From IMG/VR virus record IMGVR_UViG_3300042510_000016, positions 1 through 30,674 of that record: a stretch of DNA of 30,674 nucleotides. One strand, 5' to 3'. The translations under genes and the position numbers were made by a program. The notes under the pieces were generated by a model. That model saw only the letters and a program-made list of their open reading frames with translations. It searched no databases and had not been told where the DNA came from. The DNA comes from a virus (taxonomy: Duplodnaviria; Caudoviricetes). Positions 17,101 through 24,705 of this stretch are shown one piece after another (within the stretch, counting starts at the first letter, position 1; the number at the start of each line of letters is the position of its first letter).

Positions 17101-17842
17101 ATGCAGGAACTGTACCGTTAGAAGCTAAAACAAAGGTGTTAGTTCCCGCCGATGTAATAGCCATGCCAGTAGCATTGGAATAAACAACGCCGCCAGAAAC
17201 CGGAGTTAATGAAGAATTTGTGCCGCCTCTGGCAGCAGAAAGAGTGCCAGTAGAAATGTTAGTAGCATTAGTGTAATATGCTGCTGCTTGTCCGCCGAGA
17301 TTAGTAGAGTTATTAGCTGTTAATGCGCTATTGACGTTCAGATTACTTTCTAATTTACCATAAGGGCCAGTGTTATTACCAATAAGCGTAAACCCAACGT
17401 AAAAAGATCCAGCATTAACAACAGTGGCGTTGGCAGTAAAAGCTGTTCCAACAGTGATAGATGAACCATTAACTACACCAGTATATACACCAGTAGAGTT
17501 GGCGATAGTTGATGTGCCTACGGTGTGAGATGAACCATTAACAACGCCAGTGTATGTTGGTAGATAAGAAGCTATATTGGCATTTAATGTAGAGTTTAAT
17601 TGATATGAAGCAGCTGCGGTACCGCCAAGATTGGTTGAGTTATTAGCAGTTAAAGCAGAATTAACATTAAGATTACCCTCAGTCTTACCATAAGGACCAG
17701 TAGAGTTAGCGACCAATGTAGAATTAGAATAAACGCCAGTGGCATTGGCTGTGAGTATGGTAAAAGTCGAATTCGCACCAATTCTGGCGTTTGTCGATTC
17801 AATATAACTATTGACTGTAGAATTACCTACAAATAAGGTCAT
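14192..17842 (-). CDS. Large tail fibre-like protein (1216 aa)
   Basis: Mosaic of fibre modules: KKSCRAATTA..DGITLALNDRLLVKNQT..NGIY, GQVLHSNG..YW, GTVTSV..G.GL.GG, GNVGIGTTTP, two RAP.FYD....YY.DP repeats. ATGA overlap with the upstream fibre gene. Confidence 0.85.
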   Translation of the reverse strand: MTLFVGNSTVNSYIESTNARIGANSTFTILTANATGVYSNSTLVANSTGPYGKTEGNLNVNSALTANNSTNLGGTAAASYQLNSTLNANIASYLPTYTGVVNGSSHTVGTSTIANSTGVYTGVVNGSSITVGTAFTANATVVNAGSFYVGFTLIGNNTGPYGKLESNLNVNSALTANNSTNLGGQAAAYYTNATNISTGTLSAARGGTNSSLTPVSGGVVYSNATGMAITSAGTNTFVLASNGTVPAFTQIDMAYLPEATFKKSCRAATTADLSAASATTQVLTGGLVALPAQDGITLALNDRLLVKNQTSANQNGIYYVSNTGSAAVYAWTLTRANDANTSSKIASALVAVDEGTTNGGRLFDNDFKTTDTIGTTAMVWAANFDAGGGTITGVTTFNANIVLGSSGLSSNGGFGTAGQVLHSNGTATYWGVDDNSGTVTSVGTGNGLTGGAITTTGTVSVLANSGITANTTGLFVTQGTGTVVNATGVHVNATYIGTLSANNASFLGGTAAASYQLNSTLNANIAAYLPVYTGVVNGSSYTVSTSFIANATGVYHTGTMNAASHTVGTSTIANSTGVYTGIINAASHTVGSNFIANSTFGVQVQSGALTANTARNAGITFWTDRGFGAELHYGDTGSLQSTAWATALYGRKSDTVAVRIGAYPASNTSQNTFSEYITVLNSGNVGIGTTTPDGRLAVTGGRTLLRPSNEAYALGLFYGTSVNPVYLGSPAANSFQISRAGGDSVFNIDGNGNTGIGNTAPAHKLSVNGTTFLGGNLVISTTAGISANGGLGTAGQVLHSNGSAVYWAADDNSGGTVTSVAGGTGLSGGTITTTGTLSVNASYIATITANNATFAFGLSAASTTATGSTVVTRDANGDFNGRYINASYHNSSDDVSTGTLTYLMGKFGDNYHRSATAAKVATFISGQTMNIAGNATTATGAQGSSFATATTASEGQLLANFTGQSAAYLFNNGTAWGLYSASGGGIISYSRTNARCDLSAAYTQAAGSMRAPYFYDSDNTAYYCDPAGATGLNTLGNIQFNNGRKGLIGVYDPAQTQAIFAMGSSYILTNGGSSNTYGAFYGIGWSYNPDHGAAGNNPQSKAGLNHQALFMINGVTQSAVGTGIWTLGIGTSTNSWRAPIFYDHNDTNYYVDPNAATSAVLAGVVRQVSYPFLEMTKTIAANYTITTNYNAVTVGPVTINTGVSVTIPTGSNWVVL

Positions 17843-20800
17843 TGCATTTCTTCCAATTTAAATTTGAATTTTTTACCATTTTTATTATTTATAATGTATA
17901 ACTCACTTTCGCCCTCTTGGATAGTCCAGTTACCAGTGGTTCCATCAATGTCATTGCCCCTAGTTCTTTCGTTAGATAAATGTAAGTCGCCTGTATATAC
18001 GTTGGCCCAACGGAGGGATGCAGAACCAAGATTATAAGAGTTGTCACCGGATGGCATGATATTACCAGCAACGACAAGTTTATCTGCTGGTGTTGTGTTA
18101 CCAACGCCTACGTTACCATTAGAGGCCAAATACGTAGAAGTAGAAGCACCTGGAGAAAAACTAATCGCATTAGCATGATAAAGATTTAATAAACTACTTG
18201 CTATCTGAAGATATCCACCGTATGTACCATCTGTTAGATACAAATATGGATTCGCTCCACCTGTGATATTCATCGCAGCACCAGAAGTACTAATAGCACC
18301 AGTAGCGTTTACAGTTCCGCCGAAATAACCAGTTCCGTTTACTGACAGTTTATGAACTGGAGAAGAATTACCAATACCAACATTACCATTAGAAACAAAA
18401 TAAGTTCCTGTTCCAATAGTAAATGTGTTACTAGAAGTATTAGTTGTAACAGTAACAGCGCTGTTAACATTTAGAGTGGCTTCAGTCTTACCATAAGGAC
18501 CAGTAGTGTTACCGATTAGAGTAGAACCAGAATATATAGAGCCAATAGTTCTAAAGTTACCAGTTGCAGAAGCTAACTCGGCAACAACCGAAGGAGTGGT
18601 TGATGTTGCTGTTCCGCTTTCCCAAGTCCAACCATAAAGCGCATTATTTTCAATAAATGATCTTCTTGCCCATGAGGTAACATAAGTTCCCGAAGGCGCT
18701 GTTACTGTTCCTGTCCAACCTTGGCTTGCTCCAGCAGGTGCCATGTAATCTTGCCAAGCTGTATATCCAGAGTTATACCAATTGATACCACGTGCTGCTG
18801 CAGCAGATCTATCTAAAAATAATACAGGGGTTTTTGTAGTAGTTGAGTTTGCAACAAAAGAAGAACCAACAGTGATAGATGAACCATTAACAACTCCGGT
18901 ATAAAGACCACTAGAATTAGCGATAGTTGATGTACCAACTGTATGACTAGCAGCATTAACCGTTCCGGTATGGTAAACGCCTGAAGTATTTGATACTAAC
19001 CAATTTGTAGAAGTATTACCAAGATACAGAGTATTAGCTTGGAAATTAGCTATTTGGAAAGTAGTATTTGTTGTATCAATGTTAACATTAGCATCTGGTT
19101 CTGGCTTATAACCATCAAAGACTTTCCATGTTCCATCTGAAGCATCTCGGAAAATACCAGTATGGGCATAACCCAAAGAATTGCCTGTGCTATTATAATT
19201 AGCTACTATACCGGTATCTTCGTTATCTATTGAATTATTAGAGTTTAGATAGATAAAGTTATCAACAACAGATAATGTGTTTGCGCCAACAACATTAACA
19301 TTACCAGAAATATTCAAACTACCAGTAAGCGTTAATGTGCTGAAAGTAGGACTATCTGTAGTTCTAACATTCTGATCCATACGGTATGGAAGTCTAGCTT
19401 CTGCTAAAGTTCCAGTGTTGATATTAGTGGCATTGGAAGCAAATACAGTAGCATTAGAATAAGCTGTCGCCGCATTACCGGTAATAGCCGCATTGGCTGT
19501 AAGTATCTTACCATCAACATAAGAAACAGCGTTAGTGTAAGCTGTCGCCGCATTACCGGTAATAGCCGCATTGGCTGTAAGTATCTTACCATCGGTGTAT
19601 GATACAGAGTTAGTATATGCTGTTGCTGCGTTACCTGTGATAGCTGCATTAGCGGTTAATATCTTACCATCAACATAAGACACTGCATTAGTGTAAGCAG
19701 TAGCAGCGTTACCTGTAATAGCTGCATTAGCGGTTAATATCTTACCATCAGTGTAAGATACTGCGTTAGAATAAGCAGAAATAGCAGCTGACTGTGCAGA
19801 TGCCGCTCTAGTGTTAGCGTCTATTGCTCTATCATAAGCATTTTTAACTGTATTGGCTACTGGAATGAATAATATAGAAGTATTAGTTACTGAATCTAAT
19901 CTTAGGCCATTAGTGTAAGATACTGCATTAGTGTAAGCAGTGGCGGCGTTACCGGTTATTGCCGAATTAGCAGTTAGTATCTTGCCATCAGTGTATGATA
20001 CAGCATTAGTATAAGCAGCCGCTGCAGCTGTTTGGGCTGAAGCAGCACGAGTGTTAGCGTCGATAGCTCTATCGTAAGCATTTTTGACGGTATTAGCTAC
20101 TGGAATAAAGGTAATAGAAGTATTTGTTACAGAATCTAATTTCAAACCATCAACATAAGACACTGCATTAGTGTATGCAGTGGCGGCATTACCTGTAATA
20201 GCAGAGTTAGCTGTTGCTATTTTTGAATCCGTATATGATACAGAGTTAGTATATGCTGTTGCTGCGTTACCTGTAATAGCCGCATTAGCAGTTAGTATCT
20301 TGCCATCAGTGTATGATACAGCATTAGTGTAAGCAGTAGCCGAATTGCCTGTAATCCAAGATACGAAGTTGGCCGTAGTTCCGGAAGAATTACCTAGATA
20401 CGATGCAGTATTTGAAGTTATAGAGTTATTAACATTTAAGTTAATTTCTGTCTTACCATAAGGTCCAGTGGTATTACCTATTAATGTTGATCCGGCATAA
20501 TAAGATACTGCATTAACTACTGTAGCATTAGCAGTAAACGCTGTTCCAACAGTAAACGAAGAAGCGTTAACGATTGATGCGTCTAGCTTACCGGTGCTTG
20601 GAACATAATACAACTTAGTTGTAGAAACAACAGCGTTTGTCCAAGCGCCAGAAGAACCGTTTGCTAGACCAATGTAATAAGTTTGAGTATCTGTATTGTT
20701 AGCGTTTAGTGTAGCGCCAGCAGTGGCCCAATAAGTAGATGAACCATTAGAAAGTAAAGATTGACCAAAAGACCCATAAGAACCATTTGCGGATAATCCA

Positions 20801-21981
20801 GAAGAACCTAGTGTAACATCGCCGCCTAAGAATGTTGTACCATTAACCGATAGTTTATCGGTGGGATCCGTATTACCAATACCAATATTACCACCAAGAG
20901 GGTTAAGGATAATTGAATAATATACAGCACCACTTGCTGAATAACCAGACTGAATCCATTGATGAAAATTTGATTGTTGACCAAATGCTAGATAATTTCC
21001 GCCAAAACCGCCCAAATAAGCATAAGCATTAGATTTAAAATCACCAGCAGAAGCATTCGTTTGACCGTTAATATTTGTAAAGGTTGCTGTATTAGGAGAA
21101 CTAATTGTTATACTATTTGTAATAATTGCTGATGAATTGATAGTAGCATTAGATGTAGAACTTCCAACAACTAATCTATTAGCAACATATGTTCCAAGAT
21201 AGCCAGTTTCGAAATAAGACGATTGACCATTTAGACCAATAGCAAACCCTTCGCCAGAAGTATTAGCTGTAAGAATATCAATGGTGTTACCAGTATAAAC
21301 CCATTTAGTAACATTATTGGTGTTTCTACCAATTCTCCAGTTAGCGTCCGCAACACCGTTGAAATAAAGAGAATTATTAGTAGCTAATCCGATTTCATCA
21401 GAGAATGAAACGTTGGCGCTAAATGTGTGCGTATTTGTCCAAACATATTGCGCTGCTGTGTTTGTAACTAGAGCAGCTAATGTTGACCAATATGTAGATG
21501 AACCATTAGATAATAGAGCTTGACCAGCAGTACCAGTAGTTCCGTTTGCTGTAAGAGCTCCAACATTAGCAGAGAAATTTACAGGTACAGAAAAGTTTAG
21601 ATTGCTCGTAATACTATTAGCAAATATACTCCAAACCGCTCTTGAACCGCCAGCAGTATTAGTTGTATAAAATACAAAATTATCATCGTTCTGTTGTATG
21701 AAAGATACAACATTTCCATTAAGTGTTGAGAAATTTAATTTGACGTTATTCTTGAAATGAACGCCTGAGTTGTTAGAAAATACAGTGTTAGCAACGCTAA
21801 GAGTGTTAGAAACATTTACATTTGTATTATTAGCGCCGATTTCCCAAGTATTAGAACCATCAGAAGAATAGAGTCTTCTATCAGTTAGGTTTAAAGCCAA
21901 TTCACCGATAGTTATGTCAGATGTAGTGGGAACTTTCCCTGCGACCGATGAACGGCGCAGTTTAAAAACTGTATTTGCCAT
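17839..21981 (-). CDS. Large tail fibre-like protein (1380 aa)
   Basis: N-terminal KLRRSSVAGKVP..GELALNLTDRRLY domain, GNVGIGN repeats, a central Ala-rich repeat stalk, and C-terminal RWANVYTGDLHLSNE..GNWTIQEG. Confidence 0.87.
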   Translation of the reverse strand: MANTVFKLRRSSVAGKVPTTSDITIGELALNLTDRRLYSSDGSNTWEIGANNTNVNVSNTLSVANTVFSNNSGVHFKNNVKLNFSTLNGNVVSFIQQNDDNFVFYTTNTAGGSRAVWSIFANSITSNLNFSVPVNFSANVGALTANGTTGTAGQALLSNGSSTYWSTLAALVTNTAAQYVWTNTHTFSANVSFSDEIGLATNNSLYFNGVADANWRIGRNTNNVTKWVYTGNTIDILTANTSGEGFAIGLNGQSSYFETGYLGTYVANRLVVGSSTSNATINSSAIITNSITISSPNTATFTNINGQTNASAGDFKSNAYAYLGGFGGNYLAFGQQSNFHQWIQSGYSASGAVYYSIILNPLGGNIGIGNTDPTDKLSVNGTTFLGGDVTLGSSGLSANGSYGSFGQSLLSNGSSTYWATAGATLNANNTDTQTYYIGLANGSSGAWTNAVVSTTKLYYVPSTGKLDASIVNASSFTVGTAFTANATVVNAVSYYAGSTLIGNTTGPYGKTEINLNVNNSITSNTASYLGNSSGTTANFVSWITGNSATAYTNAVSYTDGKILTANAAITGNAATAYTNSVSYTDSKIATANSAITGNAATAYTNAVSYVDGLKLDSVTNTSITFIPVANTVKNAYDRAIDANTRAASAQTAAAAAYTNAVSYTDGKILTANSAITGNAATAYTNAVSYTNGLRLDSVTNTSILFIPVANTVKNAYDRAIDANTRAASAQSAAISAYSNAVSYTDGKILTANAAITGNAATAYTNAVSYVDGKILTANAAITGNAATAYTNSVSYTDGKILTANAAITGNAATAYTNAVSYVDGKILTANAAITGNAATAYSNATVFASNATNINTGTLAEARLPYRMDQNVRTTDSPTFSTLTLTGSLNISGNVNVVGANTLSVVDNFIYLNSNNSIDNEDTGIVANYNSTGNSLGYAHTGIFRDASDGTWKVFDGYKPEPDANVNIDTTNTTFQIANFQANTLYLGNTSTNWLVSNTSGVYHTGTVNAASHTVGTSTIANSSGLYTGVVNGSSITVGSSFVANSTTTKTPVLFLDRSAAAARGINWYNSGYTAWQDYMAPAGASQGWTGTVTAPSGTYVTSWARRSFIENNALYGWTWESGTATSTTPSVVAELASATGNFRTIGSIYSGSTLIGNTTGPYGKTEATLNVNSAVTVTTNTSSNTFTIGTGTYFVSNGNVGIGNSSPVHKLSVNGTGYFGGTVNATGAISTSGAAMNITGGANPYLYLTDGTYGGYLQIASSLLNLYHANAISFSPGASTSTYLASNGNVGVGNTTPADKLVVAGNIMPSGDNSYNLGSASLRWANVYTGDLHLSNERTRGNDIDGTTGNWTIQEGESELYIINNKNGKKFKFKLEEMQ
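19455..20345. repeat. 26-aa (78-nt) coding tandem repeats YTDGKILTANAAITGNAATAYTNAVS, interrupted by two copies of a longer unit 240 nt apart
   Basis: The repeats are visible in both protein and DNA. The segments starting at 19801 and 20041 are near-identical. Boundaries are approximate. Confidence 0.88.
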
Positions 21982-21996
21982 ATGGCTCTCCTACAA

Positions 21997-22012
21997 CTCA
22001 GTATATACTGAG
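21997..22012. promoter_or_regulatory. Perfect 16-bp palindrome CTCAGTATATACTGAG in the leader of the 1380-aa fibre gene
   Basis: Intergenic, immediately upstream of the SD (AGGAG), with no U-tract. Function unknown. Confidence 0.55.
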
Positions 22013-22018
22013 GGTTAA

Positions 22019-22492
22019 CTACTTTTTAACAGACTTTTTATAGTTATCAAATTCTGTATTTAAAATATTTAGTTCTTCTCTTGTGTGTTCTAATTCTTTT
22101 CTAAAATCTTCTGAAGATTTTTTACAATCAACAAGATCGTCTTTTAATTTTTTGTTTTCGATGTCAGAATTGTTTCTTTCGTCAATAAATTCATTTAGCT
22201 TAGATTCAAGTTGTTTTATTTTCTGTTTTAGTTCTTCTTCTTTTTCATCGAACAATTCTCGTTCATATGTAAGAGCTTCAATACCAGATTTAGCTTCTTG
22301 GCTTATTTTTTCTAGAATCTCAACTTGAGAAGTTAGTTCTTCAATCTTTTTGTTTGCTTCTGTCAAAGAAGCAGAAAGAACCTGGGATCTAATTTCTAAA
22401 TCCAGGTTCTTCCTTATAAAATCAATTAATACAGATTCTTGTCTCTGTGTGTATAACTGAAAATATTTTGCTTGACCTTCTTCGTTTTCCAT
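22019..22492 (-). CDS. Coiled-coil protein (157 aa), possible fibre chaperone
   Basis: E/K/L-rich heptad pattern over most of its length; lies between two fibre genes. Confidence 0.75.
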   Translation of the reverse strand: MENEEGQAKYFQLYTQRQESVLIDFIRKNLDLEIRSQVLSASLTEANKKIEELTSQVEILEKISQEAKSGIEALTYERELFDEKEEELKQKIKQLESKLNEFIDERNNSDIENKKLKDDLVDCKKSSEDFRKELEHTREELNILNTEFDNYKKSVKK

Positions 22493-22519
22493 AGTATAAT
22501 TTCCTTGTCATGAATAATA

Positions 22520-24055
22520 TTAGAAAGATCCCCCATCAAGGATGTCGTAAAGTAATGCTGTTCCATTGGATTGAAGAACATAACCACTAGTACCAAGTCC
22601 TAGCTTACGGAATCCATTAGTAGAGTTAGCTACGATAATATCTTCCTGAGTATACGTATTCAATCCAGTACCACCAGAATTTCCTAATAGTGGACTTGAT
22701 AGAGTAAGAGTGTTAGCTGCTATAGCAACATTTAGACTGCTATTAGCGGTAATTGTAATACTAGTAGCGTTAGATGTGAAACCAGCAGACTGAATATAAG
22801 TCTGAAGGATAGCAAGAGTCCAACCGTTAGCAGAAGTATTAACGACGTTGTTACCAACTAGCTCTTGTTCTGAATTGGTAAAGAGTTTATATATACCGCC
22901 GTCAGATGCATCACGGAACAGACCAGTGTGTCTTGCGGTAACACCGTCAAAATAATTAGCAGCAAAACCAATATCCAGAAGATCACTAGCATAATTATTA
23001 CCAGCCAAATAAATCATTGGATCGGAAACAACCAATGAATTTACGTTAGTAGTTACAACGTTACCAGAAATTATAAGGTCGCCAGAGATTTCAACTTTAC
23101 CGTCGAAATAACCAGTTGTAGAATGCAAATTAGATGCGTGAATTTCGTTCCAACGTAGGGTGTTGTTACCTACGTTGTAAGTATTATTAGCAGATGGAAT
23201 TAGGTTGCTGCTGACTAGAGCACCAACATTAAGTCTATCTGAGGTACTATCACCGATAACTGTATTACCATTAAGAGTTGTATTGCTTGTTACAACTAGA
23301 TTGGTATTAACTGTCATATTATTGACAGTAGCCGAAGCGTTAACAGCGGTAATAGTTGGTCCGTTAAACACAATATGAGTAGTGTTTACGGTGAAATTAG
23401 CAGCCGTTCCAATAGTTGCTGATAGAGCGTTTACTGTTCCGGAAGTGTAGAAACCAGTATTGTTTGCAATAGACTGACCATTAACATTCAAACCAGCTGA
23501 TGTAATTCTGGTATTGATGGTGTTATTACCAACAGTGATTATTGTAGAGTTAGATAGAACACCACCTGTGCCGGTAGTTGTATTGCCAGTATTAATAGAA
23601 GTTGCATTAATATTGGTAACTAAAAGAGTGTTACCGATGAATAATGTATTAGTAGTCTTGTTAAATGTAAATCCAGCAACACCATTAGCAACGCCAGAAT
23701 CATTAAACTGAACGTAAGTGTTAGTTCCAGATGTACCTGTTCCCCAATATACTGCAGTACCATTGGTTACAAGAACTTGACCATTAGAACCAGGAGAACC
23801 ATTTGCGACAAGAGATGTTATTACTGCATTAGCGACAATAACTTTATCAATTTCACCAGTAGCATTAGCAACTAGAGCATGACTGTTGGTTAGAACACCT
23901 GGATACTGAGCGCCACCAATTCTAAGAACACCAGAACCGTCTGGGAGACCAATGTGAAGCGTATTAGAGGCTTGAGTAAAGGCTAATTCGCCGTTTGAAA
24001 GACCTGAAACTGTAGCATTAGCTACAGATCTTTTAATTTGAATCTTGTTGGCCAT
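22520..24055 (-). CDS. Fibre-like virion protein (511 aa)
   Basis: N-terminus KIQIKRS..GELAF; shares the HTG(L/I)FRDASDG module with the 1380-aa fibre; ends ILDGGSF. Confidence 0.82.
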   Translation of the reverse strand: MANKIQIKRSVANATVSGLSNGELAFTQASNTLHIGLPDGSGVLRIGGAQYPGVLTNSHALVANATGEIDKVIVANAVITSLVANGSPGSNGQVLVTNGTAVYWGTGTSGTNTYVQFNDSGVANGVAGFTFNKTTNTLFIGNTLLVTNINATSINTGNTTTGTGGVLSNSTIITVGNNTINTRITSAGLNVNGQSIANNTGFYTSGTVNALSATIGTAANFTVNTTHIVFNGPTITAVNASATVNNMTVNTNLVVTSNTTLNGNTVIGDSTSDRLNVGALVSSNLIPSANNTYNVGNNTLRWNEIHASNLHSTTGYFDGKVEISGDLIISGNVVTTNVNSLVVSDPMIYLAGNNYASDLLDIGFAANYFDGVTARHTGLFRDASDGGIYKLFTNSEQELVGNNVVNTSANGWTLAILQTYIQSAGFTSNATSITITANSSLNVAIAANTLTLSSPLLGNSGGTGLNTYTQEDIIVANSTNGFRKLGLGTSGYVLQSNGTALLYDILDGGSF

Positions 24056-24084
24056 ATTAAATGGTGCTCCTGTAAATTTTTATC

Positions 24085-24092
24085 TATTTATA
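24085..24092 (-). promoter_or_regulatory. T4-type late promoter box TATAAATA
   Basis: Exact consensus in an intergenic gap, 30 nt upstream of ATG 24055. Confidence 0.85.
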
Positions 24093-24094
24093 AA

Positions 24095-24373
24095 TTAAAA
24101 GTTCCCACCATCTAAATCGCCAACAACATCAGATCCGAGATCAACCTTTTTCACAATATATTTGTCTAATGAAGAATCATAAACTGGCACGGCTCCAGTT
24201 ATTTCGTTTGTTGCAGAAACATCCTGTAAACGATCTAATCTTTGTGCTGAACCAATATTACCCAAGGTAGGTGTATTTTTTATGGTAACGGGCACAGTTG
24301 TGTCGATGATACCGCCCGTTGCATTAGCGGAAATACGAATATCTCTTTTTCTGCCTACTATAACATTAACCAT
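24095..24373 (-). CDS. Small virion adaptor-like protein (92 aa)
   Basis: RLDRLQDV..GAVPVYDS..KY motif; ends DLDGGNF; tightly packed in the operon. Confidence 0.72.
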   Translation of the reverse strand: MVNVIVGRKRDIRISANATGGIIDTTVPVTIKNTPTLGNIGSAQRLDRLQDVSATNEITGAVPVYDSSLDKYIVKKVDLGSDVVGDLDGGNF

Positions 24374-24375
24374 TT

Positions 24376-24705
24376 TTATCTCGTAACTTGAGGCGTAACT
24401 GTAATGATACCTTCGACAATTCTAGAAATCACTGAACCGTCGTCAATTTCTACGTCATAAACATATCTACCAGCCACCAAGTTGCTTGTCTGGTTGGCAG
24501 TCAAAGATAAGGTCACAACCCCTGATGTAGTGTTTATAGAAGTTGAGAAAACTGCAGCTGCATTAGATGAGGTATACCACTTTCTTACTTGAGAATTCGC
24601 CGAATAACCTATTAGGTTCAAAATGTCTCCATTTTCGTCTGTTAAAGACAAATCCGTAGAGAAAGTAGTTCCTTGATCGATTACTAGATTAGCTTTTGTG
24701 GCCAT
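24376..24705 (-). CDS. Conserved T4-like structural protein (109 aa), Ig/BppU-N-like beta sandwich suspected
   Basis: ANLVIDQGTTF, AGRYVYDVEI and RIVEGIITVTPQVTR motifs, familiar from environmental T4-like phages. Confidence 0.75.
   Translation of the reverse strand: MATKANLVIDQGTTFSTDLSLTDENGDILNLIGYSANSQVRKWYTSSNAAAVFSTSINTTSGVVTLSLTANQTSNLVAGRYVYDVEIDDGSVISRIVEGIITVTPQVTR

Noticed and set aside
17839-17842. Programmed frameshift fusing the 1380- and 1216-aa fibres
   Set aside because: An ATGA overlap is ordinary translational coupling, and the upstream protein ends in a complete-looking terminal domain. No evidence beyond the overlap.
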